A stretch of 47,705 nucleotides of DNA from an uncultured Candidatus Saccharibacteria bacterium (GCA_964459265.1 CAYWKA010000001.1:46668-94372), one strand, 5' to 3'. Shown: positions 8,458 through 18,560, counted from the first letter of the stretch. Numbers and translations: made by a program. Notes: a model not told the origin generated them from the sequence alone.

Positions 8458-9758
8458 CCAACTAAATCTTTAATTTTTACTCTTTCTTGCGACATTGTGT
8501 CCCTGTCACGGACCGTTACATCTGCTTTCTCTAAAGTTTCAAAGTCAATGGTTAAAGCATAAGGGATGCCAATTTCATCTCCTCGGCGATAACGTCTACC
8601 AATTGAACCGACGTCATCATACTGGCAGGTAAAATGGAGCTTCAATAATTGAAAAACTTCTTTAGCTTTTTTGACTAATTCCGGTTTATTTCTAACCAAG
8701 GGTAATACTGCAACCTTGATTGGCGCTATCTTTTTGTTTAATTTTAAAATTACTTCAATTTCTTTTGTGGCTTCGGTAGTTTTTGTTCTACCGCCCTTTA
8801 CTTCAGAATAAGCATCGCAAAGAAGAGCCAAAACTGTTCTTTCCAATCCTAAGGTTGGTTCAATAACATAAGGATAGTATTTCTTTTTCTTTTCTTCATC
8901 AAAATAGCTTAAGTCTTGACCTGAGAACTGAGCGTGCTTTTTAAAATCGTAATCGGTACGGTTAGCTATTCCAGCCAATTCTGCAAAACCCCAAGGAAAT
9001 TTGTATTCAATATCTACCGTTCTTTTGGAATAATGAGCTAAAGCTTTCTTAGGATGTTCGTAGCGTCTGAGATTTTCTTTTTTCAGGCCTAAATCTAAAA
9101 AGAATTTTTCCCAGCTATCTAACCAAAAGTTGAATTGTTTTTCGTCTTTTCCCGGTTCAACAAAATATTCAATTTCGGCAATATCAAACTCTCGGGAGCG
9201 AAAAGTAAAGTTGCCAGTGGTAATTTCATTTCTAAAACAACGGCCTGTTTGAGCAATGCCAAAAGGCACTTTTAATCTCATGGACTCCTGGACCAGTTTG
9301 AAATCGGTAAATATTGACTGAGCGGTTTCTGGCCGTAAATAAGTAATGTGAGCTTCGTCTTCTACCGGTCCTAAAAAGGTTTTAAACATTAAATTAAATT
9401 GCCGGGGAGGAGTGAAATCTTTACCGCCACACTGAGGACATTCTTTTTTAGTTAATTGATCCTCTCTGAAACGAGCATGACATTTCTTGCATTCAATTAA
9501 AGGATCGGTGAAACTTTCCAAATGGCCCGAGGCCTCCCAAATTTTAGGATGCATTAAGACCGTACCATCAAGTAAAACCGTATCTTCCCTCTCCTGGACA
9601 AATTTTTTCAGCCATTCTTTTCTAATATTATTTTTCAAGAGAGCCCCTAAAGGCCCGTAGTCCCACAAGGCCTCTACTCCCCCATAAATTTCTGAGGACT
9701 GGAAAATAAAACCTCTTCTTTTTGCTAGAGATATAATTTTTTTCATTAAATCAGACAT
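8436..9758 (-). CDS. glyQS: Glycyl-tRNA synthetase (alpha2 dimeric type)
   Basis: 440 aa with RRGFIFQSSEIYGG, FRNEITTGNFTFRSREF (class II motif 2), a Cys-rich CKKCHARF...CPQCG insert and a C-terminal anticodon-binding domain. Confidence 0.92.
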   Translation of the reverse strand: MSDLMKKIISLAKRRGFIFQSSEIYGGVEALWDYGPLGALLKNNIRKEWLKKFVQEREDTVLLDGTVLMHPKIWEASGHLESFTDPLIECKKCHARFREDQLTKKECPQCGGKDFTPPRQFNLMFKTFLGPVEDEAHITYLRPETAQSIFTDFKLVQESMRLKVPFGIAQTGRCFRNEITTGNFTFRSREFDIAEIEYFVEPGKDEKQFNFWLDSWEKFFLDLGLKKENLRRYEHPKKALAHYSKRTVDIEYKFPWGFAELAGIANRTDYDFKKHAQFSGQDLSYFDEEKKKKYYPYVIEPTLGLERTVLALLCDAYSEVKGGRTKTTEATKEIEVILKLNKKIAPIKVAVLPLVRNKPELVKKAKEVFQLLKLHFTCQYDDVGSIGRRYRRGDEIGIPYALTIDFETLEKADVTVRDRDTMSQERVKIKDLVGCIKKQL

Positions 9759-9763
9759 AATTT

Positions 9764-11431
9764 TTACTGAACTACCCCCATATCAGAGTTGATTGTTGAG
9801 TCGTCTGGTAAAGTAGTATTAATGGCAGAAACGCTCATCTCAACAATTTCTTTGGTCCATTGGTCTTGGCCAGTAATTTTAGCTTGACTGATAATTTCCG
9901 GGGTCTGACCTTTCTGGCTTTCAGTTGGGGTGAATTTCACCTGGAAAGAGATATTAGGAGCTGGTGTTATTACGCCCTGACCGATTTCCATGTCACCAAT
10001 CTCCCAAACAATTTCTCGAGAATAAGAATCAAAAGCAAATTTATCGGCAGCCTCTTCCGGGAAAATTTTACCGGTTAATTGAACTTGTTTTGGTAGGGTA
10101 GCTTTAACTTTTACATTTTTTATTTCGTTATAATAATTCTTAACTTGCCACATTATAGTATAGGTGGTGTCGGCTCCAACAGTTGGTGGCAAAGAACCTG
10201 AATTTCCAAAGATTTCATCTTGGAAATACCCTTTTTGGCTTAAAACTAAATTTGAATTAATCTTGGTAGTAAATTCTTCTTTGACCTGACTGAGGAAAAC
10301 TTTATTTATTAAGACGGGATTCTTTAAAACTCCGAAGTCCTCTTTCAGATTAACCCAAAACTCTACCTTGGCTTCTTCCATGGGGGGGAGGTATTGAAGA
10401 TTGCGTATTTTTCGCCAGTCAAAAATAATAGAGTTATCTCCCGGCTCATAATCTCCCAGGTCAGATTTTATGGTTTGAAAATCAAAGGCCTCTCCTTCCA
10501 ATCTACTCACCAATAATAAATTAGTGAGGTCTTCTTCTCCCACGTTTTTAAAAAAGATTTCATAGTGCAGCCAGTCGCCGGGAGATGCCACATATTGAGG
10601 GTTACCATTGATCTGCTGCCAAATATAAAGAGAAGGTTTAATAATTTCAATTCCTTTAATGGCCTCTTTAAACAAGATGAATTCTCCGTCTTCCCAGCTG
10701 CCAAATTTCGCCCGAAAAAGCTTTTCTTCTCCGATCTCTCCAAAAAGTTTACCTGTTACCTCTACTCTTCCACCGCTAGCTTTATTCAAAAGTCCAATAT
10801 CCCACTCATTTTTCTCTAAGGCCTGGGGAGTAGAACTAATAAATTCAAAGTTTGAAGGATATTCAGCTATAACTCTTAGATTAGAGAGAGGGTAATCAAC
10901 ATTGGAAAAATAGTTTAATCTAAACTTAAATTCTTTTCCCGACTCGGCTCGAGAAGGTAAATCAAATTCAAAAGTTAGAGGAACCGATTTTATCTGGGTA
11001 GTAAAAGTAGTAGCTGATTCATAACGAGCTTTTAGATTTTTAGGCCGGTAACTTAACCAGGCCTTGGCTACCCTGACTTCTCCCTCCTTACCCAATAATC
11101 TTACTTTAAATTGAAAGGTCTTTTCCTCTCCAGGATAAATTGCTCCTCCTAAATCTGCCGAGCTTTTAGTAATCCTCTGGGAGGTCTCGCCAATGGGCAG
11201 GGAGTATTTTGGATATTCAAAAATGAGCTCGGGCTCTTCTAATCTGACATTGCCGTTATTTTTGTACTTTACGACATACTCAAACTCCTCAGCTAAATCC
11301 GATTCTTCTTGACCTAAAATTTCTAATTTAAGAATCTCTTTGGAATAGATATTTTCTTGCCAGCGCCAAAAACCAACTAAGCCGGCAATGACAGCTACAA
11401 TAATTAAACATGTGATAAATTTTCTTCGCAT
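9764..11431 (-). CDS. Hypothetical membrane-anchored extracytoplasmic protein (beta-rich repeats)
   Basis: 555 aa with a single N-terminal TM (ITCLIIVAVIAGLVGFW). The remainder is beta-strand-rich with recurring Y/W-x-V-x-N-x-G motifs that suggest Ig-like/DUF11-like modules. No catalytic motif recognised. Confidence 0.6.
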   Translation of the reverse strand: MRRKFITCLIIVAVIAGLVGFWRWQENIYSKEILKLEILGQEESDLAEEFEYVVKYKNNGNVRLEEPELIFEYPKYSLPIGETSQRITKSSADLGGAIYPGEEKTFQFKVRLLGKEGEVRVAKAWLSYRPKNLKARYESATTFTTQIKSVPLTFEFDLPSRAESGKEFKFRLNYFSNVDYPLSNLRVIAEYPSNFEFISSTPQALEKNEWDIGLLNKASGGRVEVTGKLFGEIGEEKLFRAKFGSWEDGEFILFKEAIKGIEIIKPSLYIWQQINGNPQYVASPGDWLHYEIFFKNVGEEDLTNLLLVSRLEGEAFDFQTIKSDLGDYEPGDNSIIFDWRKIRNLQYLPPMEEAKVEFWVNLKEDFGVLKNPVLINKVFLSQVKEEFTTKINSNLVLSQKGYFQDEIFGNSGSLPPTVGADTTYTIMWQVKNYYNEIKNVKVKATLPKQVQLTGKIFPEEAADKFAFDSYSREIVWEIGDMEIGQGVITPAPNISFQVKFTPTESQKGQTPEIISQAKITGQDQWTKEIVEMSVSAINTTLPDDSTINSDMGVVQ

Positions 11432-11452
11432 ACTTATTTTAGTATATCAAAT

Positions 11453-12175
11453 TTACTTAACTTCTTCTAAAATCTGGGAAAGGTATTTTTCAGAAATTGA
11501 TTTTAATGATTTTAGGTAATTTGGCTCAATTTTTAATTTTGATAAGGTCGGCCACCTTTTTTCAAGCATTACTCTCAATATCTTGATTGTTTCTGGCTCA
11601 ATGTCTTCGCCAGATTTTATTTCCCGAAAACAATTCTGGCAAATTATTCCTCCTTCCTTAAAATAAAGTTTTTCAGGCAACAGTTTTTTCTGGCATAAAG
11701 AACAGTAATAGAGTTCTGGCTTGTATCCTAAAATAGATAATAGATTCCAGAGAAAATAGTAGTAAATTAATGACCAATGGTGAATGGTTAATGATAAACT
11801 ATTTAAATTATTAAAGGTTTCGTTAAGTAAATGCCAGATTTTTTCATCCGGTTCCTGTCCTTTCACTAAAACATCTAAAGCTCCGGTAACTTGACAGGCA
11901 ATTCTTAGCTTTTTTAAGTCCTTTCTTAAGTTGAGGAAATTCTCAATCAAGATAGCATCGGTGAGGGTTTTGTGAGTTTTTCCTTGAATAAATTCAATGT
12001 CGGATAAATAAAAAAGTTCTAGGCCTCCACGTAATTTAGACTTAATCTTTCTCTCTGCTTTTGCTAACAGACCTAACTTGCCAAAATCTTTGGTAAAAAC
12101 AGTAAAAATTCGGTCAGCTTCCCCTCTGTCTACTTTCTTCAAAATAAACCCCTCGGTCCGGTAGTGAGTAAACAT
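11453..12175 (-). CDS. recO: DNA repair protein RecO
   Basis: 240 aa. N-terminal OB-fold pattern TEGFILKKVDRGEADRIFTVFTKDFGKL and a C-terminal zinc motif CSLCQKK...CQNC. Confidence 0.85.
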   Translation of the reverse strand: MFTHYRTEGFILKKVDRGEADRIFTVFTKDFGKLGLLAKAERKIKSKLRGGLELFYLSDIEFIQGKTHKTLTDAILIENFLNLRKDLKKLRIACQVTGALDVLVKGQEPDEKIWHLLNETFNNLNSLSLTIHHWSLIYYYFLWNLLSILGYKPELYYCSLCQKKLLPEKLYFKEGGIICQNCFREIKSGEDIEPETIKILRVMLEKRWPTLSKLKIEPNYLKSLKSISEKYLSQILEEVK

Positions 12176-12177
12176 TT

Positions 12178-12477
12178 TTAATAAGGCTTAACTCCAGTAG
12201 TTCCTTTTAGAAACTTAATTTTTCTGTCAATTTTTAATCTTTCTTCTCTGCCTTTAGTTTTATATCGCTCCATTCTTAGCTCTCTCAGCTTCCTCTTAAC
12301 TTCTATCTCTGAAATGTGGCTTTGAAATCTTTTCTGAGGAAAAAGTTCTTTTTCCATCTTCATTCTTTCTTGTCGGGAATAAATTTTACCGCTACCAGGA
12401 ACACGAGGAGGAGCCTTCCTTAACGTTTCTCTAAACTCCAGCCTAGAGAATTGCTTTTTTTTATTAAAAATAGACAC
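12178..12477 (-). CDS. Small, highly basic hypothetical protein
   Basis: 99 aa, K/R-rich with a predicted helical character, 2 nt from recO. No recognisable family. Confidence 0.45.
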   Translation of the reverse strand: MSIFNKKKQFSRLEFRETLRKAPPRVPGSGKIYSRQERMKMEKELFPQKRFQSHISEIEVKRKLRELRMERYKTKGREERLKIDRKIKFLKGTTGVKPY

Positions 12478-12508
12478 TTTTTTGATTATTAATTATTATA
12501 TTCGGCCT

Positions 12509-13510
12509 TTAAAAAAGATTGCAAAGCTTAACAATAAATAAAACGTAAAGTAAAAGATACATAGCTCCTTCCCAAATATGGATTCTCCGAGAAATGCCAG
12601 AAAATATAAAAAGCAAGGTAGCGGTCACTAAGAAAGGAAGCCCAATCCCGAAGGTAAGTTCATCTACGGTTAACGGCTTGATTAAAGCCGGGATTCCAGC
12701 AATAATCAAAACATTAAAAACGTTGGAACCGAAAACATTCCCTAAAGCAATCTCGTATTTTTTCTTTAAAGCAGCTCGGACTGAGACCACTAATTCGGGC
12801 AAAGAAGTACCAATAGCAACGGCTGTAATTGCAATTAAAGAGGTGCTGATTTTAAAAAACTCAGAAATCTTTATTACCGATTCAATAGTATAATTAGCAC
12901 CGATGGCCAGACCGACCATTCCTAAAATTAAAAACGTAAATACTTTTAAATTAAGTTTGGAAGGCGTTTCCTTTAGACGCGCCATTTTCTCCACCTTCTT
13001 TTTTCTTCTTTCAATTCTTGAGGGTAATACCTCAACTATTTCTGGCGTTTCTTCCTCGTTTCTTTTTTGGAAAATTGTATATAAAAGATAAATCAAAAAA
13101 GCCAAAATTAATAAAATTCCTTCTCCCAAAACTATCTTTTTATCCCACATTACAAAAACAAAAAAGAAGGTAGCTGCACCCAAAAGAGGAGCATCTAAAT
13201 CAATTAGGCTTCTTTTGACAACGAGACGGCCGGCAGCTACTGCCGAAATCCCGACAATCAAAAGAATGTTAGCGATATTGGAACCCAAAGCATTAGCCAC
13301 AACGATTTCGGTTGCTCCTTTAAAAACGGCGGCCAGCGAAGAAGCTAATTCCGGAAAAGAAGTACCGACAGCAACAATTGTTACTCCGATAATAAAAGGG
13401 GAAATTTTAAAGGCCAGACCGATTTTTTCGGCTGACTCCACAAACCAATCAGCTGATTTCACCAACAGGGCTAAGCTGAAAATAAAAATTAAAATCCAAA
13501 GTATGGGCAT
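12509..13510 (-). CDS. Ca2+/cation antiporter (CaCA, YrbG-like sodium/calcium exchanger)
   Basis: 333 aa with two alpha-repeat signatures, GTSFPELASS and GTSLPELVVS, separated by a charged loop, and about 10 TM segments. Confidence 0.85.
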   Translation of the reverse strand: MPILWILIFIFSLALLVKSADWFVESAEKIGLAFKISPFIIGVTIVAVGTSFPELASSLAAVFKGATEIVVANALGSNIANILLIVGISAVAAGRLVVKRSLIDLDAPLLGAATFFFVFVMWDKKIVLGEGILLILAFLIYLLYTIFQKRNEEETPEIVEVLPSRIERRKKKVEKMARLKETPSKLNLKVFTFLILGMVGLAIGANYTIESVIKISEFFKISTSLIAITAVAIGTSLPELVVSVRAALKKKYEIALGNVFGSNVFNVLIIAGIPALIKPLTVDELTFGIGLPFLVTATLLFIFSGISRRIHIWEGAMYLLLYVLFIVKLCNLF

Positions 13511-13514
13511 AGGT

Positions 13515-16500
13515 TTAAATTCTTCTAAGTCCTATCCATAATTTTTGTTGCTCAACTTTTAATTCTCTCTCAATATTAAATACCTGTTTTGGCTTTTCTC
13601 CCAAACGAAAATCCTCGGCTTTAATTTCTTTTAAAATGGAATTTTTATTTTTGGTTAGGATCTTATTTAGTTCGTTGGTCCCCGACCCCCTCACTAAAAT
13701 TCTGTGGTGAGGTTTTAATTGGGCCTTCTTCCTCATTTCTTGAACTTGCCGAATCACTTCTCTAACAATTCCTTCTTCTTTTAGCTCTGGAGTGATTTTA
13801 GTGTCTAATTTTAAAGCTTTACCAAAAGTAATTTTCTTGACGTTAACTTCCTCTTTAATTAACTCTAACAACTCCTTTTCTTTTCTCAAGCCATAATTTG
13901 TAATTCTTAATTCATTTAAGGGTTGACGTACTTTTATTCCGACCCTTGCCCGTTCGGCCAGCGCTGTGGCAACAGTTCTTCTTACCTCTTCCATCTTTTT
14001 CTCTAATTTATCATCTTTATTTTTTTTATTGGCTGCCGGCCAATCCTCTAAATGGCAGCTTCTTTTCTTCCCCAACCCTTGATAGACTTCTTCACTTAAG
14101 AATGGAATAAAAGGAGCAGTTAGTTTACTTAGAGTTAAAAGGACAAAGCTTAAAGTCTCTGAAGCCTCTTTTAATTCTTTTTTACTGGCAGGTTTTTGAA
14201 ATCTCTTTCTGGAACGCCGGATATACCATAAAGAAAGATCTTCAACTACAAAATTTTCAAGTGCTCTAGCTGCGCCAGTTACGTCAAACCTATTCAATCT
14301 TTGAGTGACTTCCCGAATAAGATTGCCTAACTTGGAAATAACCCATTTATCAAGGATGTGTTTGGATTTTGGTTCGCCAACTGACGAATTGATTTTGAAT
14401 TTCTCAGCATATGTTTTTAAAAAAACAACGCTGTTCCAGAAAGTTAAGATGAATTTTTTCAGAGCTTGATCTACCTCTTTTTCAGAAAAAAGTTTAACGT
14501 CTCCTGGTTGATTAACAGTATAAAAATACCAGCGAGTAGCGTCAGCACCGTATTTTTCGACAATCTTCCAGGGGTCAACCACGTTTCCTTTTGATTTGGA
14601 CATTTTCTCTCCTTTTTCATCTAAAACATGACCTACCGAAATAACATTTTTATAAGCCGACCCCTTCTTTAATAAAGTAGAGATGGCCAAAAGAGTATAA
14701 AACCACCCCCGGGTTTGATCAACGGCTTCAGAAATATAATCTGCCGGGAACTGTTCTTTTTGTAATTTTCGATTCTCAAAAGGATAATGATATTGAGCAA
14801 AAGGCATGGAACCAGAGTCAAACCAACAATCAATCACTTCGGGAGTTCTCTCTATTAGTTCGTCACATTTTGGACAATAAAATTTAACTTTATCAATGTA
14901 AGGACGGTGGAAATCCAAATCAAATTTTTCATTATAGGGAAGATTTTTAAGGTCTATTTTTCTTAGCTCCCCAGTTTCTATCTCTTGTTTTTTAATAATA
15001 AGGTCAACAAATTTATTCAAATCATAGCCATAAACTATTTTCTCAAGTAAAGTTAAGGGCCGCTGATGGCTAACAATTAAAATATTTTCCCTTTGGTATT
15101 TTTTATCTATTTCTTTTATAAATTCGTACATTCTTTTTTCTATATCAGTATAATTTTCTCCTTTTGGGGGAGCGATTTGAAATTTTCTCAAATAATATTC
15201 TGAAGGTGAAAGCCTTCTTTCTTTATCCCAAAATCTTCCAACTTCCTTTACGGGTTTTCCATTTAAAATACCGACATTAACTTCTCTTAGCCTTTTGTCA
15301 AGTTTTGGTTTCAATTTTAATTCTCTTCCGACAATTTTGGCAGTTTGTTTGGTTCTCAATAAATCGGAAGAGAAAATTAAACTAATTTTTTCCTTTTTTA
15401 ATTTTTCAGCTACTCCTTTAATCTGTTTTTTTCCTCTTTCTGTTAGGGGTAAATTAATTTTTTCTGGCCAACAGGAAGCAATGTCTTTGATATTTCTTAT
15501 AGAGTGACCGTGCCTTAAAACAAAGTATCTATTTTTGCTGAATTTTTGATTGATTAAATCTCCTCTTGAGCCAATAACTTCTCTCTTCCCACATTTTTTG
15601 CATTGCCAAATAGGTAAAGGGGTCCCCCAGTATCTTTCTCTGGAGAAAGCCCAATCTTTTATTTCTTTCAACCATTCTCCAAATCTTCCCTTTTTTAAAT
15701 AAGCGGGTAGCCAATTTATTTTTTGATTGTTAGCAATTAAATCTTTTTTAACCTTCTGCATTCTTATAAACCAGCTTTGCTTGGCGTAGTAAAGCAAAGG
15801 AGATGAGCACCGCCAACAAAAAGGATAGTCGTGTTCGTGGAATTCTTCTTTAAAAAGGAGATTGCGTTTTTCCAAATCTTTAACGATTAAAGGGTCGGCC
15901 TCTTTTACCAACATCCCTGCCCAATTTTTTACTTCCTTTTTGAACTTTCCTTCTTCATTAACATTCAACAGAACTGGCAAATCGTTTTCTTTTCCTACTG
16001 TCATATCTTCCTCGCCAAAAGCCGGAGCAATATGGACTAGACCAGTTCCCTCTTCTAAGGAAACGAAGTCGCCTGAGATAATATACCAGGCCTTTTTGTC
16101 CGGTTTAATGAATTTGTATAGGGGTTCGTATTCCAAACCTAATAAATTTTTTCCCTTGAACTCCTGAATGATTTCACCTTTAGCTCCTAAGGTCTCCATT
16201 CTCTCTTTAGCTAAAACCAAATATTCCTTATCAACTTTTATTTTTACGTAACTAACATTTGGATTAATAGCCACGGCCACATTGCCCGGCAATGTCCAAG
16301 GAGTAGTAGTCCAAACCAATAAATAAGTTTTAGATTTTGAGCTTGGGATTTTGAGCTTAACATATATTGCTGGTTCTTTAATCTTTTTGTACCCTAAGGC
16401 AACTTCGTGGCTAGATAAACTGGTTCCGCATCTAGGACAATAAGGAACTACCTTGTAATCTTGGTATAAAAGTTCTTTCTTATATAACTCTTTGATTATC

Positions 16501-16964
16501 CACCAAATTGTCTCAATGTAATCCGATTGGTAAGTAATGTAAGGATTTTTTAGGTTCAACCAAAATCCAATTCTTTCGGTCAGCTTTTCCCAGTCTTTTT
16601 GATATTGCCAAACAGATTTCTTACATCTTTTATTGAACTTAGCTATACCGTATTTTTCAATATCTTTTTTGCTCTTTAGCCCCAATTTTTTCTCAATTTC
16701 CAATTCCACTGGCAAACCGTGAGTGTCCCACCCCGCCTTTCTTAAAACCTTGAATCCCTGCATGGTTTTATAACGACAAATAATATCTTTATAAATCCGG
16801 CTTAGAACATGGTGAATCCCTGGTTTAGCATTTGCGGTTGGCGGCCCTTCGTAGAAAACGAAAGTTGGCGCTTTTTTTCGCTGTTCAATACTTTTTTCAA
16901 AAGCCCGGATTTGTCGCCAAAACTTTAATATTTTCTTTTCTTTTTGAGAAAAATCTAAATTCAT
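13515..16964 (-). CDS. ileS: Isoleucyl-tRNA synthetase carrying a nested histidine-phosphatase domain
   Basis: 1149 aa with the PPTANAKPGIHHV (HIGH) region, the WTTTPWTLPGN editing domain, KMSKSKGN and a C-terminal anticodon-binding region. About 200 extra residues lie between PIWQCKKCGK and FYCPKCDE. Confidence 0.93.
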   Translation of the reverse strand: MNLDFSQKEKKILKFWRQIRAFEKSIEQRKKAPTFVFYEGPPTANAKPGIHHVLSRIYKDIICRYKTMQGFKVLRKAGWDTHGLPVELEIEKKLGLKSKKDIEKYGIAKFNKRCKKSVWQYQKDWEKLTERIGFWLNLKNPYITYQSDYIETIWWIIKELYKKELLYQDYKVVPYCPRCGTSLSSHEVALGYKKIKEPAIYVKLKIPSSKSKTYLLVWTTTPWTLPGNVAVAINPNVSYVKIKVDKEYLVLAKERMETLGAKGEIIQEFKGKNLLGLEYEPLYKFIKPDKKAWYIISGDFVSLEEGTGLVHIAPAFGEEDMTVGKENDLPVLLNVNEEGKFKKEVKNWAGMLVKEADPLIVKDLEKRNLLFKEEFHEHDYPFCWRCSSPLLYYAKQSWFIRMQKVKKDLIANNQKINWLPAYLKKGRFGEWLKEIKDWAFSRERYWGTPLPIWQCKKCGKREVIGSRGDLINQKFSKNRYFVLRHGHSIRNIKDIASCWPEKINLPLTERGKKQIKGVAEKLKKEKISLIFSSDLLRTKQTAKIVGRELKLKPKLDKRLREVNVGILNGKPVKEVGRFWDKERRLSPSEYYLRKFQIAPPKGENYTDIEKRMYEFIKEIDKKYQRENILIVSHQRPLTLLEKIVYGYDLNKFVDLIIKKQEIETGELRKIDLKNLPYNEKFDLDFHRPYIDKVKFYCPKCDELIERTPEVIDCWFDSGSMPFAQYHYPFENRKLQKEQFPADYISEAVDQTRGWFYTLLAISTLLKKGSAYKNVISVGHVLDEKGEKMSKSKGNVVDPWKIVEKYGADATRWYFYTVNQPGDVKLFSEKEVDQALKKFILTFWNSVVFLKTYAEKFKINSSVGEPKSKHILDKWVISKLGNLIREVTQRLNRFDVTGAARALENFVVEDLSLWYIRRSRKRFQKPASKKELKEASETLSFVLLTLSKLTAPFIPFLSEEVYQGLGKKRSCHLEDWPAANKKNKDDKLEKKMEEVRRTVATALAERARVGIKVRQPLNELRITNYGLRKEKELLELIKEEVNVKKITFGKALKLDTKITPELKEEGIVREVIRQVQEMRKKAQLKPHHRILVRGSGTNELNKILTKNKNSILKEIKAEDFRLGEKPKQVFNIERELKVEQQKLWIGLRRI
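14361..14403. repeat. Palindrome-cored intragenic repeat, copy 4 (degenerate core TTCGCCAACTGACGAA at 14373-14388)
   Basis: TTTGGATTTTGG + core + TTGATTTTGAATTT aligns with copies 1 and 3. It is read as KFKINSSVGEPKSK inside IleRS. Confidence 0.55.
14925..15536 (-). other. Histidine phosphatase (phosphoglycerate-mutase superfamily) domain inserted in IleRS (about residues 477-680)
   Basis: RYFVLRHGHSIRN (RHG nucleophile motif), LTERG, SSDLLRTKQTA, LREVNVGILNG and ILIVSHQRPL occur in the canonical order for this superfamily. Confidence 0.75.
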
Positions 16965-16965
16965 C

Positions 16966-18510
16966 TTACATCTTTTCTGGAACAGTTATTCCCATTAAAT
17001 CTAAAGTGTTTTTAAATACTGTTTTAGTGGCTAAAACTAAAGCTAAACGCGCTCCAGCCAAATCTTTATTTCCCGAAATCACCCGGCAATCTCGATAAAA
17101 TTGATGGAAAATAGTAGCTAAATCTGTAGCGTATTGAGGTAATCTTTGTGCCTGATAATCTTTAGCTGTGTCTTCTACTACCTCTGGCAACTTAATCAAC
17201 TGCTTAATCAGTTTTAGTTCTGAAGGATGTTTTAATAATTTAAGCTGCTGGGGATCGACTTTAATGGACTGAGCCTTTTTTAGGATGCTGCAAATCCGAG
17301 CGTGGGCATACTGTATATAATACACCGGATTTTTCTCTGACTGCTGTTTAGCCAAAGTTATGTCAATCTCCATATGAGTATCCAGAGATTTCTGTAAATA
17401 AAAAAATCTGGTTGCATCTAATCCAATCTCATTTACCAAATCTTCCAAGGTAATAATTTTACCTTTTCTTTTAGAAAGTTTTTCTTTACCCCTTAAGGAT
17501 ACTAATTGCAATATTAAAATATCTAAATCGCCCCGGAAATCCAGCATTTTGGCAGCTGCTTTTATTTTGGAAACGTGAGCCTGATGATCTGCTCCCCAAA
17601 TGTCAATTACTTTATTGAAGCCTCTGTCAAATTTATCTTTGTGATAAGCGATATCTGACAACAGATAAGTTGGCTCGCCGGTCTCCCGGACTATAACCCA
17701 ATCTCTTTCTGCTCCGTATTCTGAAGTTTTTAACCACCAGGCCCCGTCTTTTTCATAAACTAAACTTTTCTTTTTTAACCATCCAAAAATTTTTTTTACC
17801 CCGTTCTTCCGGTAAATATCGTTCTCTTCTGAAACCCATCTATCAAATTTTATTTTCAGTTTATTTTCTAGAAAATGTTTTATATCTTTTTGTATTTCCT
17901 GAGCTAACCAATAGCCAGCTTCTTCCTCTTTATTAAATTTTTTGAGTTCTTTCTCTTTGGCTTTTAATTTTCCCCTCAAATAAGGAGTCAGATAAGTCGT
18001 ACCTTTACCTAAAGCCGTTTTACCCAGTTCTTTTATTTGACCGCTGTTTTTGGCATCGTTAATAAAATATTCCCGAGTAACTTGATAACCAGCTTTTTCT
18101 AAAATATTAGCTATAACGTCTCCGACAAAAGTGTTACGGCCATTGCCGATATGAAGAGGCCCGGTAGGATTGGCGGAAATCGACTCAATGTTTATTTTCT
18201 GTGCCTTCTCCGTTCTTAACTGACCGTATTTCTCTTTCCATTTTAAAATTTCTTTAACCTGTTTTTGTAAAAAATCATCTGATAGAAAAAAATTAATAAA
18301 CCCTGGCTTTTTGACTTCAATTTTCTCCAATAGATCAGATTTTAATTTCTTAGCTATCCCGGCTGGATTTTTCTTAAGCTGAAGGGCAATATTGGTTGAG
18401 TAATCGCCATGGGAGGCGTCTTCCGGATGTTCAACTTTAATCTTTTCTGGCTTTTCTCCGGTTGCCTTTTGAATTAATTTTATTATCTCCTGCCTGACCA
18501 TATTCTTCAT
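16966..18510 (-). CDS. argS: Arginyl-tRNA synthetase
   Basis: 514 aa with SANPTGPLHIGNGRN (HIGH region), the Arg-tRNA-synthetase N-domain, and a C-terminal DALR anticodon-binding end finishing in ...GITVPEKM. Confidence 0.92.
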   Translation of the reverse strand: MKNMVRQEIIKLIQKATGEKPEKIKVEHPEDASHGDYSTNIALQLKKNPAGIAKKLKSDLLEKIEVKKPGFINFFLSDDFLQKQVKEILKWKEKYGQLRTEKAQKINIESISANPTGPLHIGNGRNTFVGDVIANILEKAGYQVTREYFINDAKNSGQIKELGKTALGKGTTYLTPYLRGKLKAKEKELKKFNKEEEAGYWLAQEIQKDIKHFLENKLKIKFDRWVSEENDIYRKNGVKKIFGWLKKKSLVYEKDGAWWLKTSEYGAERDWVIVRETGEPTYLLSDIAYHKDKFDRGFNKVIDIWGADHQAHVSKIKAAAKMLDFRGDLDILILQLVSLRGKEKLSKRKGKIITLEDLVNEIGLDATRFFYLQKSLDTHMEIDITLAKQQSEKNPVYYIQYAHARICSILKKAQSIKVDPQQLKLLKHPSELKLIKQLIKLPEVVEDTAKDYQAQRLPQYATDLATIFHQFYRDCRVISGNKDLAGARLALVLATKTVFKNTLDLMGITVPEKM

Positions 18511-18560
18511 TCTACCTTGTTTTGCTTAAGATTTGAAGGATTTATGCTAAACTAAGGTTA

